From Alphaproteobacteria bacterium (GTDB taxonomy: Bacteria; Pseudomonadota; Alphaproteobacteria; SMXS01), in assembly GCA_004356955.1 (NCBI GenBank), contig SMXS01000143.1, positions 1 through 42,700 of the forward strand: a DNA stretch of 42,700 nucleotides. The letters run 5' to 3'. This document shows positions 34,609-42,700 of this stretch, one piece after another. Made by a program: the position numbers and the translations under genes. Each line of letters begins with the position of its first letter. The stretch's first letter is position 1. A model generated the notes under the pieces. That model worked only from the letters and a program-made list of their open reading frames with translations, ran no database searches and had not been told where the DNA came from.

Positions 34609-34642
34609 GCCTTTTCGGGGCTTTTTCGGGGCTTTTTCGGGG
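34609..34642. repeat. Three tandem copies of an 11-bp unit, GC(C/T)TTTTCGGG
   Basis: Read directly. It lies 17 nt downstream of the TetR-family stop codon. Confidence 0.9.
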
Positions 34643-34658
34643 TAAACTGGTCCTGACC

Positions 34659-35291
34659 CTACGGGTCGACGGTGCTCGCAAAGGCAAGATCTGCAATGCG
34701 GCCAACGGCTCGTTCAAAGCGTTCCCAATCTTCATCGGTCTTCAGGGGGATGCCCCAATAATGCTCGGCCACCCGGCCCCGCAGAACCAAATATTGCACG
34801 CCTGCCAGCAGAATCGCAAAGGTGGCACTGGCATCAAAGTCTGTGGGCCATTTAATGTCACCCATAAAATCTAACAAGGCCGAGCGGGCAAGGTCACGAC
34901 GGGCTGTTGCCAGGGGCTTGACCAATTCTGCCGGTGCGGTCAACTCTGACGCCAAAACCTCTTGCAGCAAGGGTCGGCTGCGCAGGATGCGGGCATAAAT
35001 AAGCAGGACCAGGCGCAAGTTCTCGGAAAATGATTCGGGATGCACACCGCCAGTTTCGCGATCGGCCTCGACCAACATGTCGTCAAGGCCCAGCCAAAAG
35101 TCTGCATCCTTGCCAAATTCTTCCAGCAATTGCGGCATACCGCCGAAATAGCGATAGATCAGCGGCTTGCCAACCTTGGCCTCTTTGGCAACGGCATTGA
35201 TCCCAAGCCCTCGAAAGCCGTCGCGCTCCAGGACCCGGCCCACTGCATTCAAGATATTCTGCTTAGTTGCTTCTGAATCCCGCTGCGCCAT
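34659..35291 (-). CDS. TetR/AcrR family transcriptional regulator, 210 aa
   Basis: N-terminal helix-turn-helix: ILNAVGRVLERDGFRGLGINAVAKEAKVGKPLIYRYFG. Confidence 0.9.
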   Translation of the reverse strand: MAQRDSEATKQNILNAVGRVLERDGFRGLGINAVAKEAKVGKPLIYRYFGGMPQLLEEFGKDADFWLGLDDMLVEADRETGGVHPESFSENLRLVLLIYARILRSRPLLQEVLASELTAPAELVKPLATARRDLARSALLDFMGDIKWPTDFDASATFAILLAGVQYLVLRGRVAEHYWGIPLKTDEDWERFERAVGRIADLAFASTVDP

Positions 35292-35324
35292 ACGCTCGAT
35301 TTAGCCCTTTGTAATCTTACTAAC

Positions 35325-35338
35325 TGAACTTATGTTCA
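35325..35338. promoter_or_regulatory. Palindrome TGAAC-TTAT-GTTCA, a candidate TetR operator in the tetR/pmbA divergent region
   Basis: Perfect 5+5 inverted repeat 34-47 nt upstream of the TetR-family start codon. Confidence 0.35.
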
Positions 35339-35466
35339 TTGCTTATAGCAGCCTCAAATGGCGACGGCGACTGTTAGGTTTCGTCGATCCACGCCGGTGA
35401 GACCGTTGCTCTTCCCTACTTGTCTATTCTATACAGAGTGTCCCTACAAGAGGTCGGCCTTTTTCT

Positions 35467-36822
35467 ATGACATCAAAAACCCTACAGCAAGAACAACTGT
35501 CCGTGCTTGAAGACGTGATATCCATCGCAAAAAAGGCGGGGGCCGAACACGCAGACGCGTTGATTGTGGAATCGGACAGCCTGGGCGTCTCTTGCCGATT
35601 GGGCGAGATGGAAGATCTGGAGCGATCTGAATCCAAGGATTTGGGCCTGCGCGTTTTGATCGGCAAACAACAAGCGGTGGTGTCGACAAGTGACATCAAC
35701 CCCACCACGCTGGCCGAGCTGGCCCAACGGGCTGTCGACATGGCGCGTCACGCGACCGAAGACCCCTGGTGTGGCCTTGCAGATGCATCCGATCTGACCG
35801 CCAGCTATCCGCAAGACCTCGATCTGTTTGACCCGACCATTCCCAGCGCGGAGGGTCTGTTCGATACGGCCAAAATCATCGAAGATGCCGCCAGATCTGT
35901 CGCAGGCATCACCAATTCTGAAGGCGCCAGCGCCAGCTGGGGGCGCTCTTCAATGGCCCTCATGACGTCTCATGGCTTTGCTGGCAGTTACGAAGCCTCC
36001 AGCCATTCTATGGGCATTTCGGTGATTGCAGGCGAAGGCACCGGTATGGAACGGGACTATGAGTTCGCCAGCGCCCGCCATATGGAAGATTTGGACGGCC
36101 CCGAGGCCATCGGTCTGACAGCGGCCAACAACACATTGCGCCGCTTGAACCCCGACAATCATGAAACCTGCAAAGTACCTGTTGTCTTTGATCCACGGGT
36201 CGGGTCCAGCCTGCTGGGGCACCTTTCTGGTGCCATCAACGGGGCCTCGGTCGCTCGGGGCACCAGCTTCCTGAAGGACGCCATGGACAGCCAGATATTT
36301 GCCGACGGTATTTCCATCCTTGATGACCCGCTGCGTGTGCGCGGCTTGCGGTCCAAGGCCTTTGATGGCGAAGGCGTGGCAACCCGCGCCCGCCGCGTTA
36401 TCGACCAGGGCGTACTGGGCATGTGGTTCTTGGATTCGTCGACGGCCCGGCAATTAAACCTGCCCGTGACAGGCAATGCCAGCCGGGGCACAAGCAGCGT
36501 CCCTGGCGCGGCGCCGACTAACCTTTATATGGAGGCAGGCCGTCAAAGCGTGGCCGAGCTGATTGCAGATATCGAGTCAGGGTTTTTTGTGACAGAGCTC
36601 ATCGGTATGGGTGTCAACGGCGTAACCGGAGACTATAGCCGGGGTGCGTCTGGGTTTTGGATCGAGAACGGCGAAATTGCCGGCGCCGTCAGGGGCATGA
36701 CCATCGCCGGTAATTTGAAGGAAATATATCTGAACCTGACGCCTGCTGATGACCTGACCTTCAAATATGGCACCAATGTCCCCACCCTACGCATCGAGGG
36801 GCTGACCCTTGCCGGTACCTGA
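35467..36822 (+). CDS. pmbA: TldD/PmbA family metalloprotease (PmbA-like), 451 aa
   Basis: Family-typical N-terminus (ADALIVESDSLGVSCRLGEMEDLERSESKDLGLRV) and C-terminus (GDYSRGASGFWIENGEI). Confidence 0.88.
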   Translation: MTSKTLQQEQLSVLEDVISIAKKAGAEHADALIVESDSLGVSCRLGEMEDLERSESKDLGLRVLIGKQQAVVSTSDINPTTLAELAQRAVDMARHATEDPWCGLADASDLTASYPQDLDLFDPTIPSAEGLFDTAKIIEDAARSVAGITNSEGASASWGRSSMALMTSHGFAGSYEASSHSMGISVIAGEGTGMERDYEFASARHMEDLDGPEAIGLTAANNTLRRLNPDNHETCKVPVVFDPRVGSSLLGHLSGAINGASVARGTSFLKDAMDSQIFADGISILDDPLRVRGLRSKAFDGEGVATRARRVIDQGVLGMWFLDSSTARQLNLPVTGNASRGTSSVPGAAPTNLYMEAGRQSVAELIADIESGFFVTELIGMGVNGVTGDYSRGASGFWIENGEIAGAVRGMTIAGNLKEIYLNLTPADDLTFKYGTNVPTLRIEGLTLAGT

Positions 36823-37651
36823 TCTGAAACAACGATCCGAAGTCGCCCGCGCTGCAGTGCGTGAGGCGGGAGCGCTGGCGATGTCCTTTTTCAAGCAGGA
36901 TCCGAAAACCTGGGAAAAAGCCGAGAACGACCCGGTCAGCGAAGCCGATATCGCCATCGATGCCCTGTTGAAAGAAAAATTGCTGGGAATCTTTCCCAAC
37001 GATGGCTGGCTGTCTGAAGAATCTGTGCATGAACGCGATGCAAACGGCGCTGACGCCGTGAACGACTATGTCTGGGTCATCGACCCCATCGACGGCACCC
37101 GCGCCTTTATCGCCCAGAAGCCGCATTTTACAATCTGCGTCGCCCTTGTGTGGCAGGGGAAAACACAACTGGGGTTTGTCTATAACCCCGCCATGGATGA
37201 ATTCTTTGAGGCGGCACGAAATCAAGGCGCCACCTGTAATGATGAGCCCATTTTCGTCGGCGATCACAATGTCTTGGCAGGGTGCAAGATGCTGGGGTAT
37301 CACGATATGTATGCCCACAAACATTGGCGCAAGCCCTGGCCGGAATTTGAAATTTCGATTGTAAATTCAATCGCATACCGCATCGTTCTGGTTGCCAGGG
37401 GCGACCATGATGCGTGCGTCAATCTGCGGCCACAAAATGACTGGGATATTGCTGCGGCCGACCTGGTATTGCATGAAGCAGGCGGTGTCTGCACCAACCG
37501 ACAGGGTGCGCCCTACCGCTTTCATGGACGCGGGGGCAAAAACCAAAATGTCCTGGCCGCCAATCCCGTCTTGCAGAAAAAACTTGTCCGCAAGTTCGAG
37601 GAGTTCGAGCCTCGCATTCCCAAGAACGCCCAAACGCCTGGCGGACGCTAA
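36809..37651 (+). CDS. Inositol monophosphatase / 3'(2'),5'-bisphosphate nucleotidase family protein, 280 aa, apparent TTG start overlapping the pmbA end
   Basis: DPVSEADIAID, LSEES, WVIDPIDGTRAF and WDIAAADLVLHEAGG motifs. Confidence 0.85.
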   Translation: MPVPDLKQRSEVARAAVREAGALAMSFFKQDPKTWEKAENDPVSEADIAIDALLKEKLLGIFPNDGWLSEESVHERDANGADAVNDYVWVIDPIDGTRAFIAQKPHFTICVALVWQGKTQLGFVYNPAMDEFFEAARNQGATCNDEPIFVGDHNVLAGCKMLGYHDMYAHKHWRKPWPEFEISIVNSIAYRIVLVARGDHDACVNLRPQNDWDIAAADLVLHEAGGVCTNRQGAPYRFHGRGGKNQNVLAANPVLQKKLVRKFEEFEPRIPKNAQTPGGR

Positions 37652-37713
37652 AAGAAAACGCCCGGCCTGCAAAGCAGACCGAGCGCTATAATTCGTCAGT
37701 TTCTAATCAGAGA

Positions 37714-38493
37714 TTAGAAAGAACGGCTGACCGAAACCACAAAGCGAGAATCGCATATGCCTTTGCAGTCCATGGTAGGCAGATCTGTGTCGTAGTACCG
37801 CAGGTCAACATCGAACCAGTCTTCCAGAGAGACCGTCAGACCGATATCCCAGTTGATGTAAGTGTCGTCTTCAAGAGGACCAAGGTCGAAATACTTGTTG
37901 AAGGCAACATTGGCACTTGTGGACAAGCTAACGGGACCGCCATTACCCAGGGGAATGGGAATTTCGATACCGATTGGGATATACAGAGAATCACCGATGC
38001 CGCCAAAGAAGTCCGGAGACCACCAAGCGCCAATGCTGACGGATGCCAGACCGAAGTCTGCGCCCAGGGTCGCGCCGAATTCATAAAAATCATAGTGGCT
38101 GCCTTTAGGTGAGCCCGGATAGGCGTAGTAGATAAAGCCAACGTCATAGCTGAACATCGAATTACTAAAGTCACCGCCAAAGCCACCATAAAGGTCAATT
38201 TCAACGCTGGAAGATGATGTGCTGCCATCAAGTTCGATTGTCTGGTCGAGGAAGTCGATGTTGGAACCCCAAACACCGACATAAAAACCACTGGAGTGTG
38301 AAACATCGAGACCACCCTGAATGGCAAAATCGCCATCGGTTTGGCTGAAACCACGATACATGTAGTCGTTGGTCAGGTTCACGTTACCTGAAATTTCCCA
38401 ATCTGAACCTTCCTCCGCGGCAACGGGACCGGCGACCAAAAGGCCCAACCCCATGCAAATGCTCGTAATGACACCGAATGCTTTACGATTCAT
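37714..38493 (-). CDS. TorF-family putative outer-membrane porin (Gcw_chp beta-barrel), 259 aa
   Basis: Signal peptide, then ISGNVNLTNDYMYRGFSQTDGDFAIQGGLDVSHSSGFYVGVWGSNIDF, alternating beta-strand pattern, and a C-terminal F. AAGGAA lies 5 nt upstream of ATG 38493. Confidence 0.82.
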   Translation of the reverse strand: MNRKAFGVITSICMGLGLLVAGPVAAEEGSDWEISGNVNLTNDYMYRGFSQTDGDFAIQGGLDVSHSSGFYVGVWGSNIDFLDQTIELDGSTSSSSVEIDLYGGFGGDFSNSMFSYDVGFIYYAYPGSPKGSHYDFYEFGATLGADFGLASVSIGAWWSPDFFGGIGDSLYIPIGIEIPIPLGNGGPVSLSTSANVAFNKYFDLGPLEDDTYINWDIGLTVSLEDWFDVDLRYYDTDLPTMDCKGICDSRFVVSVSRSF

Positions 38494-38759
38494 GATTATT
38501 CCTTTCTTGCCCATTCTGGGCGGTTATCTTTTAGAGGCAATAGAAGCTCTCGCCAGCCTATTAATCAATAATCGTGCCAGTTTTTGATTTCTTTCTGGAA
38601 GGGGCATAATATGCCTTTAATATCAATGGTGTACAAAGCCTCTAAGGCCTATTTTCTCCACCAGTTCGCAAGAATGTGACATTTATATCAATATTCCTGT
38701 CACTTTATCGCCCTATAGATTGTTTATTTATTAGGCAGTGAAATATTTGTGTCTATTTA

Positions 38760-39602
38760 TTAATCGTTTGGATTGCGTTCTGGCATTTCATCCACCAGGA
38801 ATCGAGGGTCCAGTCGGCGGCCATTCCAATTGATACGCCAGTCCACATGAGGGCCCGTCGCCCGACCCGCCGCACCAATAGTGCCAATCTGCTGTCCGCG
38901 CTTTACCTGGGCACCGACAGGTACATCCACAGAATGCATATGGAACATCGTCGACGTGACGCCATAGCCGTGGTCGATGATGATGATACCGCCTTCATAA
39001 TAATAGTCGTCCTCGGACAGCGTGATGCGACCGCTGGCAGGAGCAACCACAGGCCGGCCCACGGGACCCGCAACATCCAGGCCAAAATGGGGTCGCTTGG
39101 GAATATCGTTGAGCACCCGTTGGCTACCATACACACCCGTTACTTTGCCCCATGCAGGCCAGTCAAACCCGTCGGCCCAGCCCATTTGTGTCGTGAACTG
39201 ACCGCGTGCAGCGGCGACCTTGCCACGTTCCAGACGCAGTCTTTCCTGGAGCTCTGGCGGCGGCGTTACTTTTTTGGGGGGCAGCCCGCTGATACGCTGC
39301 ACATCATAAATACGGGGCGCTACCTGCAAAACTATCTCTTGCTTTGAGCCATCATCGTAAGTGACCTGCAGGACAGATTGAGGCGCCGCATCTCGACCAA
39401 AGCCAAATACGAATTGTCCGTTAGGCGCAATCGCAAGGGCGTCACCCTCGAAGATAATCTGTGCGTCGGCGGGGGCCGTGCCGATGACCAGCTGCCCTTG
39501 TTGGATATCAGAGGGCACCCAAATACGGTCTGCGGCCCACGATACGACGGGAAGTGCCATCACGAAGCTGACGACAAAGGCGCAAGTTCGAAAGATGGTC
39601 AC
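38760..39602 (-). CDS. M23 family metallopeptidase (LytM domain), 280 aa, GTG start
   Basis: Signal peptide plus HFGLDVAG, IDHGYGVTSTMFHM and GPHVDWRI (the HxxxD and HxH zinc motifs of M23). Confidence 0.9.
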   Translation of the reverse strand: MTIFRTCAFVVSFVMALPVVSWAADRIWVPSDIQQGQLVIGTAPADAQIIFEGDALAIAPNGQFVFGFGRDAAPQSVLQVTYDDGSKQEIVLQVAPRIYDVQRISGLPPKKVTPPPELQERLRLERGKVAAARGQFTTQMGWADGFDWPAWGKVTGVYGSQRVLNDIPKRPHFGLDVAGPVGRPVVAPASGRITLSEDDYYYEGGIIIIDHGYGVTSTMFHMHSVDVPVGAQVKRGQQIGTIGAAGRATGPHVDWRINWNGRRLDPRFLVDEMPERNPND

Positions 39603-41092
39603 TAAAACAGATCCCCTTGGTCTTGCTTTGGCTTGGTTGTTTTGGGCTTGGCTTTGGGCTTGGGTTTCTTTCTTGGCGCGACTGCCTTGCTGGCCGATTG
39701 CTTTGGGGCATCCATCCCTGTGACAGAAACATGGGTGCGCCCATCCGCAAATTCAATCGCCAGGGCATCGCCGGGTTCTGCAATTTGGGATGACATGATC
39801 GGCCGGTCATCCGAATCCCGCACGACTGCATAGCCGCGTGACAGGACCGAATGGTACCCCAGACTACCCAATAGCCGCTCCAACCCATCCAGCCGGGTGC
39901 CTGCATCTGCAAGGCGTCGTGACATGGCGGGTTTAACCCGGGTTTGCACCAGGTCCAGCCGGTCACGATGCTGGGCCAATCGATTCAGCAGCACAGAGGG
40001 ACGGAGCCCCGCCGACCTGTCCGTCAATTTCTGTCGATGAACCTGGGTATTGGCGCGCAGTGCCCGGGGCAATCGCTCTGCCATTTCGTCGAACCGTTGC
40101 TGACGCAGGCCCAGCAGGTCTTGCAGCGACGGCATGCCGCGCGACAGGCCGCGCAATTGGGTGCGCCGTTCTTCCATCGACCGCACCATCGCCTGATGGC
40201 GACGCCGGTCCAGATCACTGACAGTGGCCACCAGGTCCACAAGCACCGGCACGGCCAGTTCGGCCGCCGCCGTCGGGGTTGGCGCGCGCAAGTCAGAGGC
40301 AAAGTCAATCAGGGTTGTATCGGTTTCGTGTCCCACTGCAGAGATCAGCGGAATGTCACTTTGCGCCGCAGCCCGTACCACCACTTCCTCGTTGAAGGCC
40401 CACAAATCCTCGAGACTACCACCGCCGCGGGCGACAATCAGCAGATCAGGCCGGGGAACATCGCCCTGCCCGTCCAATGCATTGAAACCCTTAATCGCTG
40501 CGGCCACCTGTTCGGCCGCTTTTTCACCCTGCACCAACACTGGCCACAACAATACATGGGTCGGGAACCGATCGGCCAATCGGTGCAAAATGTCTTTGAT
40601 GACTGCGCCTGTTGGCGACGTCACCACACCGATGACCCGCGGCAGGTACGGAATGTCCTGCTTTCGGTCCGCGTCAAACAGGCCTTCTGCGGCCAGCTTT
40701 TTACGACGCTCTTCCAGCATCGCCATCAGGGCACCAGCACCGGCAGGCTCTATCGATTCGACCACCAACTGATAATTGGAGCGCGGCGCATAGGTGGTGA
40801 TTTTGCCGGTGACAATGACTTCCAGCCCGTCTTCGGGCAAATATTTCAGACGCCGGGTAACGCCCTTCCAACAGACGCTATTGATAACGGCATTTTCGTC
40901 CTTCAGGTCAAAATACAAATGACCCGACGGTGGCTTTTTCAGGCCCGATATCTCGCCCCGCACGCGCACATGGCTAAACGCACCCTCAACGGTACGCTTA
41001 AGGGCATTGGAAATCTCCCCAACCGAAAATTCGGGCGTGTTTTCAGCCAATAAATCAGGCCCGTCACCAGTGGAAGCTCTTGTAGTCATCAT
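39602..41092 (-). CDS. xseA: Exodeoxyribonuclease VII large subunit, 496 aa, with a Lys/Pro-rich C-terminal tail
   Basis: VRVRGEISGLKKPPSGHLYFDLKD (OB fold), RGGGSLEDLWAFNEE and SAVGHETDTTL motifs. Confidence 0.95.
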   Translation of the reverse strand: MMTTRASTGDGPDLLAENTPEFSVGEISNALKRTVEGAFSHVRVRGEISGLKKPPSGHLYFDLKDENAVINSVCWKGVTRRLKYLPEDGLEVIVTGKITTYAPRSNYQLVVESIEPAGAGALMAMLEERRKKLAAEGLFDADRKQDIPYLPRVIGVVTSPTGAVIKDILHRLADRFPTHVLLWPVLVQGEKAAEQVAAAIKGFNALDGQGDVPRPDLLIVARGGGSLEDLWAFNEEVVVRAAAQSDIPLISAVGHETDTTLIDFASDLRAPTPTAAAELAVPVLVDLVATVSDLDRRRHQAMVRSMEERRTQLRGLSRGMPSLQDLLGLRQQRFDEMAERLPRALRANTQVHRQKLTDRSAGLRPSVLLNRLAQHRDRLDLVQTRVKPAMSRRLADAGTRLDGLERLLGSLGYHSVLSRGYAVVRDSDDRPIMSSQIAEPGDALAIEFADGRTHVSVTGMDAPKQSASKAVAPRKKPKPKAKPKTTKPKQDQGDLF

Positions 41093-41154
41093 GCCCTATG
41101 TTACAAGAGCCTCACGCTGGTTGAAAGCAGTTGAAGACACTTTTGAGGCCCTAA

Positions 41155-42423
41155 ATGAAAATTCTGGTTGTCGGTTCTGGTGGGCGTGAACATGCCCTGT
41201 GCTGGGCGATCGCGGCCTCTCCCCTGTGTGATGAATTGCAGTGCGCCCCAGGCAATGGCGGCATTGCCAGCGTCGCCACCTGCATCGACATTGCTGCCGA
41301 TGACATCGACGCTTTGGTCGCCCATTGCCAGTCTCAGGCCGTTGATTTTGTCGTCATCGGCCCAGAACAACCCTTGGTGATGGGCTTGGCTGATCGGCTG
41401 GACGACGCCGGCATTGGCGTCTTTGGCCCCAGTGCCGCTGCCGCCCAGCTAGAGGGCTCCAAGGGGTTCACCAAAGATCTATGCCAAAAATATGGCATTC
41501 CGGCAGCTGACTACGGCCGGTTTGACAATGCAGCCGACGCCAAGGCCTATGTGCTTGAACAGGGCACGCCTATTGTCGTCAAGGCGGATGGCCTGGCCGC
41601 AGGCAAAGGCGTCATCATGGCAGAAACCGATGATGAAGCGATGGTAGCGATTGACGAAATTTTCGGCGGCCTGTTTGGCCAAGCCGGTACAGAAGTCGTC
41701 ATTGAAGAATGGATGCAGGGCGAAGAAATCAGCTTTTTTGCGCTGTGCGATGGCGAAAACACCCTGGCGCTTGCCTCTGCCCAGGATCACAAGCGCGTTG
41801 GCGACGGTGACACGGGCCCCAACACAGGCGGCATGGGGTCCTACTCACCCGCTCCGATCATGACAGATGAGTTGGCCGATACGGTCATGAACGACATCAT
41901 CCTGCCGACTGTCGCGGCCATGAAGACCGAAGGAACCCCCTATAAAGGGGTGCTGTATGCCGGGCTGATGATCACCGACACTGGCCCACGCCTTTTTGAG
42001 TACAATGCCCGCTTTGGGGACCCGGAATGTCAGGTGCTGATGATGCGCCTGAAATCAGACATATTGCCTGCGCTGATTGCCTGCAACGAAGGCGGGCTGG
42101 ATCATTTTGATCTGCGCTGGCACGATACAGCCGCCATGACGGTGGTCATGGCTACCGAGGGCTACCCGGGTTCCTACGAAAAAGGGTCGGTCATCAGCAA
42201 TCTCGAGGGCGCGAGCGCCGATGAAAACGTCGAAATATTCCACGCAGGCACATCAGTGGAAGGTGACACGATCATTGCCACGGGAGGGCGTGTGTTGAAT
42301 GTCACCGGAACGGGTGCAAATGTGGCTGAAGCGCGGGCCAACGCCTATCGTGCCGTCGAGGCCGTTGACTGGCCACAAGGGTTTTATCGCTCTGATATTG
42401 GCTGGCGCGCGCTCAAGAATTAA
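41155..42423 (+). CDS. purD: Phosphoribosylamine--glycine ligase
   Basis: [34 protein letters not shown] and the remaining ATP-grasp motifs. Confidence 0.97.
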   Translation: MKILVVGSGGREHALCWAIAASPLCDELQCAPGNGGIASVATCIDIAADDIDALVAHCQSQAVDFVVIGPEQPLVMGLADRLDDAGIGVFGPSAAAAQLEGSKGFTKDLCQKYGIPAADYGRFDNAADAKAYVLEQGTPIVVKADGLAAGKGVIMAETDDEAMVAIDEIFGGLFGQAGTEVVIEEWMQGEEISFFALCDGENTLALASAQDHKRVGDGDTGPNTGGMGSYSPAPIMTDELADTVMNDIILPTVAAMKTEGTPYKGVLYAGLMITDTGPRLFEYNARFGDPECQVLMMRLKSDILPALIACNEGGLDHFDLRWHDTAAMTVVMATEGYPGSYEKGSVISNLEGASADENVEIFHAGTSVEGDTIIATGGRVLNVTGTGANVAEARANAYRAVEAVDWPQGFYRSDIGWRALKN

Positions 42424-42436
42424 CGAAGGAAGCACC

Positions 42437-42700
42437 ATGAGTGTAGATCGCAAAGAAGCCTTTACCGGCACGCAAGAAGTCCTGGAACAGCACCGTGTCG
42501 ATCTCGACAAATTGCAGGACTATATGAAAGCCAATGTCGAAGGCTTTGAAGGCACGGTATCGATCAAACAGTTCAAAGGCGGCCAAAGCAACCCGACCTT
42601 CAAGATCGAAGCTGGTGGCAAGACCTATGTCATGCGACGCAAGCCCCCTGGAGAATTGCTGAAGTCAGCCCATGCGGTCGACCGCGAATACAAGGTCATC
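42437..42700 (+). CDS. Phosphotransferase (APH/ACAD10-type kinase-like) family protein, N-terminal fragment running off the window
   Basis: Hand translation MSVDRKEAFTGTQEVLEQHRVDLDKLQDYMKANVEGFEGTVSIKQFKGGQSNPTFKIEAGGKTYVMRRKPPGELLKSAHAVDREYKVI. AAGGAAG lies 6 nt upstream of the ATG. The frame is open to the window end. Confidence 0.8.
   Translation, partial: MSVDRKEAFTGTQEVLEQHRVDLDKLQDYMKANVEGFEGTVSIKQFKGGQSNPTFKIEAGGKTYVMRRKPPGELLKSAHAVDREYKVI

Noticed and set aside
39602-39700. DNA-level short repeats (GGCTTGG/GGGCTTGG) at the 3' end of xseA
   Set aside because: They are explained by the Lys/Pro-rich low-complexity C-terminal tail (KPKPKAKPKTTKPK) in the xseA reading frame, so they are not an independent element.
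1-42700. Defence or mobile systems anywhere in the window: restriction-modification, toxin-antitoxin, CBASS, retron, CRISPR-Cas, prophage, transposase
   Set aside because: No ORF shows nuclease, reverse-transcriptase, integrase, transposase, cyclase or Cas-like motifs. The methyltransferases present have protein or small-molecule-type motifs (DLGSGDGR, DLGCNSGDYS), not DNA methyltransferase motifs (DPPY or PC...ENV). Absence cannot be proven without HMM searches.

Overview
The window reads as a core chromosomal segment of an alphaproteobacterium, and I found no recognisable defence, phage, transposase or CRISPR content. The lineage call rests on family signatures recognised from the translations. 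These include a three-gene PntAA/PntAB/PntB transhydrogenase, DUF1192, DUF1013 (TrcR-like), DUF465 and DUF2312 (GapR) small proteins, a COQ9-like gene divergent from rpsU, IMPase-type hisN and divergent xseA/purD. About 45 protein genes are supported: purE-purK, purD, pyk, pntAA-AB-B, pepF, xseA, pmbA, hisN, an ABC-F ATPase, ibpA-type Hsp20, redox and CoA-metabolism genes, and arsC with an aquaporin. There is also one tRNA-Val(GAC). Two short genes missing from the ORF track were found by hand: DUF465 at 2986..3150 and rpmJ at 14145..14270.

The most interesting unexplained signals:
- Two paralogous candidate small RNAs lie on the minus strand (about 29526..29630 and about 826..955). They share an 18-nt CU-rich anti-Shine-Dalgarno segment, CTCCCTA(A/G)ACTTGGGCC, and the same TTCTTTTTTTG terminator tail. 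One of them has its own near-consensus promoter.
- A 31-bp tandem array abuts a sigma32-type promoter and a ROSE-like thermometer in front of the Hsp20 gene.
- An AT-rich envelope-modification-like cluster (22.7-27.3 kb) includes a tandemly duplicated, membrane-anchored FAM173-like methyltransferase.
- Two genes, an AqpS-like aquaporin and a sulfatase-like membrane enzyme, are each broken by a 1-nt loss in a C-run.
- REP/MITE-like structured repeats show compensatory stem changes.

All family assignments come from recalled motifs, not from searches, so they need HMM or BLAST confirmation.
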